A stretch of 64,000 nt of DNA. Source: Bacillota bacterium (lineage in GTDB: Bacteria; Bacillota; Sulfobacillia; Sulfobacillales; JAIMBI01). The position numbers were made by a program, and so were the translations under genes. Where the stretch lies: positions 17,997-81,996 of the forward strand of contig JAKATP010000001.1 in assembly GCA_021818685.1 (NCBI GenBank), given 5' to 3'. Positions 36,256 through 46,321 of the stretch are shown here, one piece after another. The notes under the pieces were generated by a model. That model worked only from the letters and a program-made list of their open reading frames with translations. It was not told the DNA's origin and did not search any database. The first letter of the stretch is position 1. The number at the start of each line of letters is the position of its first letter.

Positions 36256-37769
36256 GCATGGCCGGGTCCATTGACGGCGAGCATCTCACCATCGATGACG
36301 TGGTCGCCATTGCCTGCCAGCGGGCGCCTGTTCCTGCCATCGCACCTACGGCTATCTACCGCATGGCCCAAAGCCGCCAGGTAGTCGAGCGCGCGGTCCA
36401 GGAAGATCGGCCGGCCTATGGCATCACCACCGGGTTCGGCCGCTTTCAAGACGTAGCCATTCCGGCCGAAAGCCGACGTGAGCTCCAAAAGAACCTCCTC
36501 CGCAGTCACGCCGCCGGCGTCGGCCCGCTGCTGCCGGCGGAGGTGGTGCGCGCCATGCTGCTGTTGCGGGCCAACGCCCTCGCCAAGGGCTATTCGGGCG
36601 TGCGTGCGATCGTGGTTGAGCGCCTGCTGGATTTTCTCCGGCACGATCTCCTGCCGGTAATCCCGAGCCGCGGCTCGGTGGGGGCGAGCGGAGATCTGGC
36701 GCCGCTTGCCCATCTGGCCCTGGCGCTTTTGGGCGAGGGAGACGTCTTCTACCGTAAAGAACGCCTGTCAGCTCGCGAAGCGCTCCGGCAGGCCGGCCTC
36801 GATCCTCTGGAGCTAGAGGCGAAGGAGGGTCTCGCGCTCATCAACGGCACCCAGATGATGACGGCCTACGGGACGCTTTTGATTGCTCGGGCACGACATC
36901 TCGCCGACGTGGCTGATATGGCCGCGGCGCTGTCGGTGGACGTGCTGCGCGGCATCCCGGATGCCTTTGCGGCCGAGGTGGCCGCGGTCCGCCCCCATCC
37001 CGGCCACGCTCTCGTCGCCTCCCACCTGCGGAGCGCTCTCTCCGGCAGCCGGCTTACGACCCGCCCCGGCCAGATCCGGGTACAGGATGCTTATTCCTTG
37101 CGCTGCACGCCGCAGGTACATGGTGCGGCCCGGGATGCGCTCTACCACGTGGCCGAGGTGGTGACGCGCGAGCTGAATGCGGCGACGGACAACCCGCTCA
37201 TCTTCGCCGAACAGGACCAGGTGGTGTCGGCCGGCAATTTCCATGGGGAGCCCCTGGCGCTCGCGCTTGACTACCTCGGAATCGCATTGGCGGAGTGGGC
37301 CAGCATCAGCGAGCGCCGGCTCGAGCGGATGGTGAATCCGGCGCTCTCTGGTCTTCCGGCCTTTCTCATCGAGGAGGGCGGCCTTCATTCCGGTCTCATG
37401 CTGGCGCAGTACACGGCCGCCGCCCTGGTATCGGAGAATAAGGTGCTGGCCCACCCGGCAAGCGTCGACTCCATCCCCACTTCGGCCAATCAGGAGGACC
37501 ACGTCTCCATGGGGTCAGTCAGCGCGGAGAAGGCGTGGCGCATTCAGGCCAACGTCGAGTACGTGCTGGCGGCCGAGCTCATCGCCGGAGCGCAGGCGGC
37601 GGACATCGTGGGCGCAGACAAGCTTGGTGCGGGAACGGCGCGGGCCTATAGGTTCGTGCGCGAGAGCGTGAGCTTTCGCGACCGCGACCGGCCGCCCGGG
37701 GTCGAAATTGAAGCCGTCGCGGCACGTCTGCGGGAAGGTGACTTTCCTCGCATCTTTGCCGATTCGTGA
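36252..37769 (+). CDS. hutH: histidine ammonia-lyase
   Basis: 505 aa. GSVGASGDLAPLAHLA is the MIO-forming Ala-Ser-Gly, with QEDHVSMG near the C-terminus. Confidence 0.92.
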   Translation: MSMAGSIDGEHLTIDDVVAIACQRAPVPAIAPTAIYRMAQSRQVVERAVQEDRPAYGITTGFGRFQDVAIPAESRRELQKNLLRSHAAGVGPLLPAEVVRAMLLLRANALAKGYSGVRAIVVERLLDFLRHDLLPVIPSRGSVGASGDLAPLAHLALALLGEGDVFYRKERLSAREALRQAGLDPLELEAKEGLALINGTQMMTAYGTLLIARARHLADVADMAAALSVDVLRGIPDAFAAEVAAVRPHPGHALVASHLRSALSGSRLTTRPGQIRVQDAYSLRCTPQVHGAARDALYHVAEVVTRELNAATDNPLIFAEQDQVVSAGNFHGEPLALALDYLGIALAEWASISERRLERMVNPALSGLPAFLIEEGGLHSGLMLAQYTAAALVSENKVLAHPASVDSIPTSANQEDHVSMGSVSAEKAWRIQANVEYVLAAELIAGAQAADIVGADKLGAGTARAYRFVRESVSFRDRDRPPGVEIEAVAARLREGDFPRIFADS

Positions 37770-37808
37770 TATGCGGCCTCTTTTATCAGCCCGGTGACGG
37801 TTCGCCTG

Positions 37809-38831
37809 TCAGTGGGCCGCGAGCGATGCCGGGAGCGGCGTCGCCATGACGGTGGCCAGGTGTTCCATCATCACGTTGGCGCCCGTCACCACGGCGACGA
37901 CCGGTCCATCGCCCGGAACCTCTCCCCGTAAGAGCGCCGCCACCCCCGCCGCGCCGGACGGTTCCGCCAGGACCCGTTCGCGCTCCAGGAGGAGCCGCAT
38001 GGCGACAAACAATTCGTGATCCTCCAGACGCACGAGGACCCGTGCGGCCGCACCGACGATAGCGAGGGTCCTGTCTGTCACGGTGCCGGGGGCGAGCCCG
38101 TCCGCCATCGTATCCACATGGTCCAGCGTGACGACCCGATGCTCGGCGATGGAGCGAAGCATGGCATCGGCGCCGCTCATCTGCACCCCGACCAACGAGC
38201 AGGCGGGGGCGTTCTGAAAGAGCGAAACGGCTATGCCAGCCGCCAGGCCGCCCCCGCCCATCGGGACCACGACCTCTCTCACATCCGGGAGCGCCTCGAC
38301 GATCTCCAGGCCCACGGTCGCCTGTCCGGCAATGACCCGCGGGTCGTCAAACGGGTGCACCCACACCCCGCCCGTCTCTTCGGCAAACGGGATCGCCTGA
38401 CCGGCGAGCTCATGGTACGTGCGGCCCCCGCGGCGGACATCAGCACCGAGTGCCCGGATACCGGCCACCTTCACGGGGTTCGCCTGTTCCGGTACGAAGA
38501 CGGTGACTGGCCGGCCGAGCCGCCGTCCCGCATAGGCGACGGCCAGGCCGTGGTTTCCCGCCGACGCGGTCACGAGGCCGCTCGTCTCGCCCTCTGCCGC
38601 CAGTTCTTCAGCCTTGACCAGCGCGCCGCGCACCTTGAAAGCCCGGATCGGGGTGACCGTCTCCAACTTCAGCCACACCGGTCGCTTCAGGAGGGCACTC
38701 AAACTGAGGCTCTCAACGAGCGGCGTGGGCGGGAACACCCGGCGCACCACTTGATAGGCGTGCTGCAGCCCCTCGGCCTGCAGCGCAGGATCTAACACAC
38801 GGGCGTCCAAATCCATCGGTCCCTGAGCCAT
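37809..38831 (-). CDS. PLP-dependent threonine/serine dehydratase (no regulatory ACT domain)
   Basis: WLKLETVTPIRAFKVRGA (PLP-Lys), SAGNHG and MGGGGLAAG. ATG 38831 has SD GGGGAGAG; the track ORF from 38996 is over-extended. Confidence 0.85.
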   Translation of the reverse strand: MAQGPMDLDARVLDPALQAEGLQHAYQVVRRVFPPTPLVESLSLSALLKRPVWLKLETVTPIRAFKVRGALVKAEELAAEGETSGLVTASAGNHGLAVAYAGRRLGRPVTVFVPEQANPVKVAGIRALGADVRRGGRTYHELAGQAIPFAEETGGVWVHPFDDPRVIAGQATVGLEIVEALPDVREVVVPMGGGGLAAGIAVSLFQNAPACSLVGVQMSGADAMLRSIAEHRVVTLDHVDTMADGLAPGTVTDRTLAIVGAAARVLVRLEDHELFVAMRLLLERERVLAEPSGAAGVAALLRGEVPGDGPVVAVVTGANVMMEHLATVMATPLPASLAAH

Positions 38832-39021
38832 GATCTCACTCTCCCCGGCGGCTTCTCGTGGACCAGGGCTTCGGCACCCATGCGGGCGACCCCTCCCGCC
38901 TCCAAGAGGTTGGCGGCCGTGCGGACTGGTTCGCACGCTGTGCTGAGGGCCGTACGTCACGCACCACGGCCCATCCCCACGAGGGGTCCGGATCAAGGTC
39001 GCGCCTGCCTATCCGGACGCC

Positions 39022-39357
39022 TTATCGCGTTGGCTCTGGTTGTTCCGACAACGTCTTCAAGCGCTGCAGGGCGGCGGGCCAGTATCGCTCATAGAGGGCG
39101 ACCCAGGGCGCGAGTGACTCCGCGACGACCTGTGCGTCGATCGTGTAGAGTCGCACCCGGCCTCGTCGCTCCACCGTGACGAGGCCCGTAGCGCGCAATG
39201 CCGCGAGGTGCTTGGAAATCCCTGATGGCACCAGGTGGGGAAACTCCGAGGCGATCTGGCCCACGCTAAGCGGCCCCCTTGCGGCCAAGAGGTCGAGGAT
39301 GTGTCGCCGGGTGGGATCGGCCAGCATCCGGAACAACTCATCACGTGGGCTGGCCAT
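39022..39357 (-). CDS. ArsR/SmtB-family transcriptional regulator
   Basis: ELFRMLADPTRRHILDLLAARGPLSVGQIASEF...SGISKHLAALRATGLV is a winged HTH. ATG 39357. Confidence 0.85.
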   Translation of the reverse strand: MASPRDELFRMLADPTRRHILDLLAARGPLSVGQIASEFPHLVPSGISKHLAALRATGLVTVERRGRVRLYTIDAQVVAESLAPWVALYERYWPAALQRLKTLSEQPEPTR

Positions 39358-39775
39358 CGCCGACCACTTCGGCCAGCCGCTCCAGAATGCGGTGCCGGTC
39401 TGCCCCTCGCTCGTAGGCCTGGACCGTGCTGGGCCACGAGGCCTTACCGATGCCGGGGAACCCATCATGGCTGAGACTCACACGCGTGCCAGCCTCCGTC
39501 GGGACGAGCGTGAAGACCAGGCGGGCCGGATGCACCCAGTCACTGCCCTCCTCGAACCACGACAGGACGAGGGACCCTTCCGGTACCACCTCCAGCACCG
39601 TGCCACGGACCCAGGTGTCCTGCCCTTCGTTCCGCAGCCGGTAGGAGCCGCCGACTTGAAGGTCGATCTCCAGATGCGGGGTGATCCACTGACGCAGACC
39701 GTCCTCCGTGGCGAACCATCGCCACACGACACTGGGCGGGCTTGCAATCTCGATCGAACGGGCGACCGACGGCAT
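39341..39775 (-). CDS. SRPBCC (Aha1/START-like) domain protein
   Basis: 144 aa. SIEIASPPSVVWRWFATEDGLRQW...GGSYRL fits the AHSA1/SRPBCC pattern. Co-transcribed with the ArsR gene, a common pairing. Confidence 0.7.
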   Translation of the reverse strand: MPSVARSIEIASPPSVVWRWFATEDGLRQWITPHLEIDLQVGGSYRLRNEGQDTWVRGTVLEVVPEGSLVLSWFEEGSDWVHPARLVFTLVPTEAGTRVSLSHDGFPGIGKASWPSTVQAYERGADRHRILERLAEVVGDGQPT

Positions 39776-39842
39776 AATCTCCCTCCGATATATTACTAAT
39801 CGGTAAGTTGTCGTCGTGTCAAGATGAAGCGGGCGGAGGCGG

Positions 39843-40673
39843 CTAGCGCGCCAGACCCCCGATGGGGGCGCCCATAGCGTCGTGCGCCCAGGCGACAGCC
39901 TCCACCACCGGATCGCGGCTTTCAGGGTCGGTGACGTAGTCGGCGATCGCCCGCGCGTCGCCGTGACCGGTGCCTATGGCGACGGAGTGGCCCGCCCAGC
40001 GCATCATGCGCAGATCATTGAGCCCGTCACCGACGGCCAGGATTTCGTCCCGGTCGATGCGGAGCCGTCGGGCCACGGCCGCGACAGCCTCCACCTTGTC
40101 GACGCCGGGGGCGCACACATTGACTTCCCGCACCTCGTGTTCATGGGGAAACACGAGGGCCTCATAACCCGGACCTTCGGGTCCGAACCGGGCCAGAAAG
40201 CTGTCGACTTCCCAGGTTCCAAACAAGAAGATCTCGACCGGGGCCCGGTCGAGTACGGTGTTGAGCGTCGGCTCGGCCCGGTCTTCCGGGCGGAGGAATG
40301 ATGCGCGATGCTCCGCGGTAAAGAAGTTGAACAGCACCGGACTCCGGTACCCCACATAGTAGCGCAGCATGATCCGGCGGGCCGTAGCCCACGCGGCCAT
40401 GGCGCGGGCGGCGCGGACCGGCACACGGCGCGAATAAATCTCGCGGCCGGTGCGGGTGTCAAACGCGTAAGCCCCATTGTGGGCAACGATGGGGCCGGGA
40501 GCGTCCAGGAGTTCCTGAACGCGGACTGCGGTTCGCCAACTGCGCCCGGTGGCGATGACAATGGCTGTGCCGGCGCGCCAGAGCTCATGAAGGTGGGCGC
40601 ATGTCGCGACTCCCACCGTTCCGTCGGCGCGGAGCAGAGTACCATCCAGGTCGAGCGCCACCATTCTCAACAA
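39843..40673 (-). CDS. Cof-type HAD-IIB phosphatase
   Basis: VALDLDGTLL (motif I), IATGR and AVGDGLNDLRMM (motif IV). The start is taken at TTG 40673, 7 nt after AGGAGG; ATG 40664 is an alternative. Confidence 0.8.
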   Translation of the reverse strand: MLRMVALDLDGTLLRADGTVGVATCAHLHELWRAGTAIVIATGRSWRTAVRVQELLDAPGPIVAHNGAYAFDTRTGREIYSRRVPVRAARAMAAWATARRIMLRYYVGYRSPVLFNFFTAEHRASFLRPEDRAEPTLNTVLDRAPVEIFLFGTWEVDSFLARFGPEGPGYEALVFPHEHEVREVNVCAPGVDKVEAVAAVARRLRIDRDEILAVGDGLNDLRMMRWAGHSVAIGTGHGDARAIADYVTDPESRDPVVEAVAWAHDAMGAPIGGLAR

Positions 40674-40687
40674 CCGCAAGCCTCCTA

Positions 40688-40714
40688 TCCCGTCTCTCCC
40701 GTCTCTCCCGTATC
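40688..40714. repeat. three tandem 9-mers TCCCGTMTC
   Basis: TCCCGTCTC, TCCCGTCTC, TCCCGTATC at 40688-40714. They lie in the HAD/addB-like divergent intergenic region and abut the HAD gene SD on the minus strand. Confidence 0.7.
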
Positions 40715-40784
40715 GCTTCAGGGACCAATCGGGCTCGTCACCCACTAGTCTGTCTTCGTCATCATACCCACGGCGGGAGGGGTC

Positions 40785-43325
40785 TTGGGCCCGGGGGGCG
40801 AAGAGCGTGGCATGCAAGAGGCCGCCCCGGGACGCCCGCTACTACATCTCGCGCCTCCATCCGCGCTTTTGGAAGCGTGGCGGGAGTGGTCCCGGCGTGT
40901 CGGCATGTCCCCCCGCCTCACGGTCACCCCGGGGGCGCTCGTATCCCGCTTCCTGTTGTCCCGCCTTCCCACTTCGCTCGATCATCGGATATCCACCCTG
41001 CCTGAAGTCGCCTGGACGCTCCGTCCGTCCCGCCTGACGTACCTGCCCGACGAGATTCTGCCGACGCTTCTCGCCGACGATGTTCGCGCCGCCGTCCCGG
41101 CGCCGTGGCGGGGACCGGGTGCTGCCGAGGCGCTTATCGAAGCTGCCGTGCGCATTCGCCGTCACGGGGAGACGCCGGATTCCCTGCCCGCCATTCCAGC
41201 GGGATGGCGGGACGCCATGGACGTCGCCTGGAGCCGGCTTGCGCGAGCGCTCCGGCGCGCCTGCGACGAAACAGGGCTATATCGGTATGCCGCGACGAAC
41301 TCATTCGCCCCTCTCTCCGGTACCCGGATGGCGGTGTTTGGCATGCTGGAGGCCAGACCGGCCCCCGCCTCGATGCTGGCGGCCCTGGCCCGCGAGCTGC
41401 CCATGACGGTCTTCGTGCCTTGGCTTTCTGAGAGTGCTGATCGCTACGTCGAGCCATGGGTGGAGTGGTGGCGGGAGCAGGGAGCCCATATCGAAGAGGA
41501 GGGCCGCGGCGCGGGCCGGTCCCATTTGGTGGGAATTTCGACGCCGGGAGCGGGTCTCGACTGGATCCGAACCGTCATCGAGGAGGGCGCCCGAACAGAA
41601 CCAGCGGCGACGGGATGGGCGCTTGCGGCCCCGTCGGTGGAAGAGGCCCAGACCTCCGCGCGCTGGCTCAGGCGTCAAGGAGTGCCGGTCGTAAGCGCGC
41701 GGGAACCGGTCCACCTGTCTGAGCGGCTCCGCACGGCGCTCCGGGCTGCCGCGAACGACGCCGGCGCTGATGCGATCCTCACCTGGCTTCGGCAGTCGTC
41801 TTACGACATTGCGGAGGCGGACCGAGAGACCCTCCGGGCGAATGCCCGGCGGCCGAGCCTATGGCCGCGCGCGGTCGTGGACCGCCACCAGGACCTCCGC
41901 CAGGCCCTGGAATCTCTCCTCCGGGCCGCGCGCTTTTCGGATGTCCCCGCGGCCCTCGGACGGCTCGCAGAGGCGGCCGGCATCCCGTTTGTGTGGCCGG
42001 CCGAAGCCGTGGAGCAACTGTCGACATGGGACGCGGCCGGCATTGCGCCCGCTAAAGACAGCCTCCGCGTGTGGATTGAACGGGCGGCCGTCGCAGGTCC
42101 GGTGACAGGGTCCGGACTCCTGGTAGAGAGCCTGTGGGAGTTTCGCGGTACGTATCACGCGCGGCTCATTGTCACGAGCCTTGACACCGAGGCGGTCGAA
42201 CCGGCGCCGGAGTGGGATCTCGGCCCTGGGGAGGGGTGGATTGTCGCCTGGCACCCGGAGCGGCGTGCCCGGCGGGAGATGGCCCTCCACCATTTGAAGG
42301 CGCTGGCCCTCCTGTCGGCCGACGTGGTGTACGTGGCCGGATCGCCCGATCGGCCCTGGCCGCCGGACCTGCGTCCGGCGGTCGTCATCGAGGAGGGACC
42401 GTCCGTTAGAGGTCCGGGGCTCGCCGTCTCCCGGATGCGACGTGACGCGAGGTACGGACCCTTTGACGGCCTGTTCGATGCCAACACCATCACACGTCCT
42501 GGCACGCCGAGCGGGTACGAGACCTTTGGCCGATGTCCCTTGCAGTACGCTTTCAAGACGCTCGGAGTCGCCGCGTGGCCGTCCGACCGACCGGACCCGG
42601 ATCCCACTGAGCTTGGGACCTGGGCCCACTTTACTCTTGAACACGTGTTGTCAGGGTCCAGGCGGAGTCGGCCTGAACTTCCCAGCCTCCTTCGGGAAGT
42701 GCGACGCCAGGTGTCCCGGGCGGTGGCCCTGCGGCCGCCGTCGGAAGGCGTCCTGCCAGCTTTCCTGGAATGGAGTGAGGAGTCGCTGGCGGCGGACCTC
42801 GCGTGGTATCTAATGAACGACTGGCCGACCGGCAAGGTAGAGACGGAGAAACAGTGGGAACTGGACGGCCTGTCGGGGAGAATAGACCGAGTCGAGCACC
42901 GCGACGACGGAGTCGTCGTGGTCGATTATAAGACGGGCAGAATGCCGTCCGCCACCCTCTCTCCCCTGGCGCTTCAGCTCCCGATCTACGCGGCGGCTGC
43001 GGCGAATCTGTACGGGGTCACGCCAGATCGCATCCAGGCCCGCTATCAGGGAGTCCGTGCTCATAACGGCTTCCGGTCGGTTGAGCTGCCTGGCCCGACG
43101 ACCGCCCGCATTTTGGAGGCGAGGAGGATCGTGGCCGGCATCGATGACGCCATCGCCGCCGGTCACCTGTATTTGAACCCGCACGAGGCCGCCTGCCGGT
43201 CATGCGAGTTCCGTCCCGCCTGCACGTATGAGGCGGCGCGGGACGCCGTGCGCAAGCGTCCGCACGATCCCGTGTTCGCCGCGCTCTGGGACGACGACCC
43301 GCATGGCGGCGAGGAGGGGCTCTGA
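40785..43325 (+). CDS. addB: AddB/RexB-like PD-(D/E)XK nuclease subunit with 4-Cys cluster; no Walker A seen
   Basis: C-terminal nuclease GRIDRVEHRDDGVVVVDYKTG and QLPIYAAA. Cysteines at FGRCPLQY plus CRSCEFRPAC (C-x2-C-x5-C), as in the AddB iron-sulfur staple. I found no GxxxxGK[ST]. Sits immediately upstream of, and coupled to, the addA-like gene. Confidence 0.7.
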   Translation: MGPGGEERGMQEAAPGRPLLHLAPPSALLEAWREWSRRVGMSPRLTVTPGALVSRFLLSRLPTSLDHRISTLPEVAWTLRPSRLTYLPDEILPTLLADDVRAAVPAPWRGPGAAEALIEAAVRIRRHGETPDSLPAIPAGWRDAMDVAWSRLARALRRACDETGLYRYAATNSFAPLSGTRMAVFGMLEARPAPASMLAALARELPMTVFVPWLSESADRYVEPWVEWWREQGAHIEEEGRGAGRSHLVGISTPGAGLDWIRTVIEEGARTEPAATGWALAAPSVEEAQTSARWLRRQGVPVVSAREPVHLSERLRTALRAAANDAGADAILTWLRQSSYDIAEADRETLRANARRPSLWPRAVVDRHQDLRQALESLLRAARFSDVPAALGRLAEAAGIPFVWPAEAVEQLSTWDAAGIAPAKDSLRVWIERAAVAGPVTGSGLLVESLWEFRGTYHARLIVTSLDTEAVEPAPEWDLGPGEGWIVAWHPERRARREMALHHLKALALLSADVVYVAGSPDRPWPPDLRPAVVIEEGPSVRGPGLAVSRMRRDARYGPFDGLFDANTITRPGTPSGYETFGRCPLQYAFKTLGVAAWPSDRPDPDPTELGTWAHFTLEHVLSGSRRSRPELPSLLREVRRQVSRAVALRPPSEGVLPAFLEWSEESLAADLAWYLMNDWPTGKVETEKQWELDGLSGRIDRVEHRDDGVVVVDYKTGRMPSATLSPLALQLPIYAAAAANLYGVTPDRIQARYQGVRAHNGFRSVELPGPTTARILEARRIVAGIDDAIAAGHLYLNPHEAACRSCEFRPACTYEAARDAVRKRPHDPVFAALWDDDPHGGEEGL

Positions 43326-46282
43326 TGGGTGAAGACCGTCCGCGTCCGGCGGACTGGGCGGAACGAGAACGCGTCCGGACCGATTTCCACCACAACCTGG
43401 TGGTGGAGGCGGGGGCCGGAACAGGCAAGACCACCCTCTTGGTGGAGCGTACCCTCTACGCCATCGCCACGGGTACGTTGCAACTCTCCCGGATGATTGT
43501 CGTGACGTATCTGGAAAAGGCAGCCGTCGAGCTCCGGCAGCGAATCCGGACGCGGCTGGAAGAGGCGCTGGCCGCCGGGGACGAGGCAGCCCGCCCGTTC
43601 TTGGAGCGCGCGCTGCATGAACTGCCCACGGCGCGTATCGGCACCCTCCACGGCCTCGGGCACGGCATTCTCTTGCGGCACGCCGTCGAGCTGGGGCTTG
43701 ACCCCAGGATGACAGTCTGGGATGCGGTGGAGACCGAGCGGCAGCGAAATCTCGCGCTTCGGCAGTGGTTCATGAGTCCACACCCGGAAGTGCTCCATGC
43801 CATGCGGTTGGGTGTGAGCTACCAGGACTTTGAGATTCTGCTGCGGACGGTCGCGGGGTTGCCCGGAGATGAGACGGCGTGGGGCGAGCCGCCCGAGTCA
43901 GCGGACGCCCTGTTGACGGCGTTTTTGACCACGCTCGATCACCTCGCTCGGGTGATAGCGACGGTGGCACCCGATCCCGAGGATCGCGGTGTGCGGCAGG
44001 TGGCCGAATGGCGCGAGATCTTCGGACGGATCGGAGACCTGCCGGCGGCGTCCGCCGTCGCTCGTCTCTATGGGCTCAAGCTCTCGGCGCCCGCGGGAAG
44101 TCAGGCCCGCTGGGCACGTGAACGAGTTCACCTGGTCGAACAGAAGGCAGAGCTGCAGGCACTCCGGGAGCGTCTTCAGGCATGGCAGGCGGCAGCGGCC
44201 GCGAGTGCAGGCCAGCGTCTGGTGGCGGCCGCCAGGGACTTCTCGCACTTCTTTCAGACATGGCGTCGGGAGCGACGGGCCGTGATCTACGACGACCAGG
44301 TCCGCCTCGTGGCGGCGGCGCTCTTAGACCGCGACATTCGGGAGGAAGAAGCCGCCTCGATTGACGCCATCTTGGTGGACGAGTACCAGGACACCTCACC
44401 GATCCAGGTGGAGATCGTGAGCGCGCTCGCAGCGGGACCGGGCGGAACCGCCGCCGAGGCACCCCCGCCGGGACGGCTCGTCCTGGTCGGCGACCCGAAG
44501 CAGTCCATCTATGGATTCAACGGTGCGGATCTGGCGCACGCCCGGCGCTGGGCCGAGAACCTCCTTACGGGGGGAAGTGCGGTGCTGGTTCCCATCACCA
44601 CCAACTTTCGGAGCCGACCCGCCATCCTCGACGTGGTCAATCAGACGTTTTTGGCGGTCTTTAATACAGACGCGATGCGCGACCCGGAATACCGTCCGCT
44701 CGTGCCCTATCGGGAGCCCCACGCGGATCCCGCGGTCCATCGCTTCCGCCTGTACGAAGAGGGGGAGGATCTGACCTCGGACGCGGCGCGGGCCCGCGAG
44801 GCGGCGGCCGTGGCGTCGATCATCCGGTGTGCGGTCGACGAAGGGTGGACCGTTGCCGACCAGGGTCAGCATCGCCCTCTCCGATTGCGGGATGTGACGA
44901 TTCTGGTTCCGCGGCGGACGGGTCTCGACCTTTATCGCCGTGCTCTCGATGATGCGGGTATTCCCGTGCGGGGCGGGGCGGGGCGCGATTTCTACCGCCG
45001 CGACGAGGTGCGCGGGTTGTCTGCGGTGCTGCGGGCGGTGGTTTTGCCAGAAGATGGGCTGGCCGTGCTCGCGGCGCTTAGATCCCCTTTCTTCGGGATC
45101 GAAGACCGCGAACTGATGCGGCACCGGAAAGAGGGTGGCCACTTTGCTCTTGGCGGATCGAGAGGTCCGGAGGGACCCGTGCGCGACGCACTGGGTATGT
45201 TGCAAACCTGGGCCGACGCATGGCCCGATGCGCCGCTCGCCGACTTATTGGAGAAGGTGGCGGCACCGGTGCGGGAGCAGTTTGATGCTCGCGAAGCGGC
45301 CAATGTCGACGCCCTCATCGAGGAATGTGCGCGCTACGCGCCACGATGGGGAGGCGCCGAGTATGCCGAGTGGTTGTGGGCGCGGGTGGTAGCTGGCGAC
45401 GAAGGCGACGAAGCGGTGCCGGACGCGGCATCTGACGCTGTCAGCTTCTCGACGATCCACCGCGCCAAAGGACTCGAGTGGCCCCTGGTCATTGTGGCGA
45501 ATCTGCGACACGAGCGGGCCGTGCGTCGCGACCCGGTCGTATTCGACCGTAAGAGTCAGCAGTTTGGACTGCGCATCGGCGGCCGCAAGACGGGGTCATT
45601 CTCAGGAGTGGAAGAGGAGGTCCGGGCTGAGGAAGATGCCGAGCTCCGGCGGCTTTGGTATGTGGCGCTTACGCGGGCACGAGACCATCTGGTGATTATG
45701 GAGACGGACCCCGAAGTCGTGCTTTTCCGCCATCTGGCCATCCGGAGCCAGCCCGGCCCGGCGCCCGCCGCGCGGCCGCCCGTAACGGTGGCCCCGACCC
45801 GTCGGCAAGCCGTCTTAGGGTCGGGACAGCTCCTCGGGCTGGAGGCCTCCCCCGCCGGGTCGATCGGCCGGGCTTCCTCGAAAGGCGGGGAGATGCGGCT
45901 GTGGGTGCGCCGCCTGCTGTCGGATGCGGCCTCAAACCGCACCGCTTGGCTGGCCCGTGCGCCCTCCTCGCTCCGCCCCGGCCTTCAGTGGATGCAGGGG
46001 CGGCCGTGGGTCCCGGACCAGCCGGTCCGCACTGGCATTCCGGTTCATGTGGAGGGGGAGCCGGCGGTCGATGACGTCATCGACGTGATGATCGAGACGG
46101 AGGCGGGAGCCGTGTTGGTGCAGGTACTTGACGGCGGCGAAGCGGACCAGGTCCGGGGAGCCCTGGCCCGCACGCTTGCGGCCCTGGCCGCGGCAGGGAT
46201 GCCTCTGAAAATGGGTGTGCTGATCGCCCCCGAGCTGGGCTGCGAGTGGCCGATCGATCCCGGCGGGAGCATTTCGGATTAG
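43325..46282 (+). CDS. addA: UvrD/Rep-family helicase, AddA/RexA-like
   Basis: EAGAGTGKTTLL (Walker A), ILVDEYQDTSP, GDPKQSIY, FSTIHRAKGLEWPLVIV and YVALTRARDHLVI. The C-terminal region resembles a RecB-type nuclease fold, but the (D/E)xK position reads LDG. Confidence 0.8.
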   Translation: MGEDRPRPADWAERERVRTDFHHNLVVEAGAGTGKTTLLVERTLYAIATGTLQLSRMIVVTYLEKAAVELRQRIRTRLEEALAAGDEAARPFLERALHELPTARIGTLHGLGHGILLRHAVELGLDPRMTVWDAVETERQRNLALRQWFMSPHPEVLHAMRLGVSYQDFEILLRTVAGLPGDETAWGEPPESADALLTAFLTTLDHLARVIATVAPDPEDRGVRQVAEWREIFGRIGDLPAASAVARLYGLKLSAPAGSQARWARERVHLVEQKAELQALRERLQAWQAAAAASAGQRLVAAARDFSHFFQTWRRERRAVIYDDQVRLVAAALLDRDIREEEAASIDAILVDEYQDTSPIQVEIVSALAAGPGGTAAEAPPPGRLVLVGDPKQSIYGFNGADLAHARRWAENLLTGGSAVLVPITTNFRSRPAILDVVNQTFLAVFNTDAMRDPEYRPLVPYREPHADPAVHRFRLYEEGEDLTSDAARAREAAAVASIIRCAVDEGWTVADQGQHRPLRLRDVTILVPRRTGLDLYRRALDDAGIPVRGGAGRDFYRRDEVRGLSAVLRAVVLPEDGLAVLAALRSPFFGIEDRELMRHRKEGGHFALGGSRGPEGPVRDALGMLQTWADAWPDAPLADLLEKVAAPVREQFDAREAANVDALIEECARYAPRWGGAEYAEWLWARVVAGDEGDEAVPDAASDAVSFSTIHRAKGLEWPLVIVANLRHERAVRRDPVVFDRKSQQFGLRIGGRKTGSFSGVEEEVRAEEDAELRRLWYVALTRARDHLVIMETDPEVVLFRHLAIRSQPGPAPAARPPVTVAPTRRQAVLGSGQLLGLEASPAGSIGRASSKGGEMRLWVRRLLSDAASNRTAWLARAPSSLRPGLQWMQGRPWVPDQPVRTGIPVHVEGEPAVDDVIDVMIETEAGAVLVQVLDGGEADQVRGALARTLAALAAAGMPLKMGVLIAPELGCEWPIDPGGSISD

Positions 46283-46321
46283 GCATGGCCGACAGCGGCG
46301 GTCATATCCTGTCGGCGGGGG

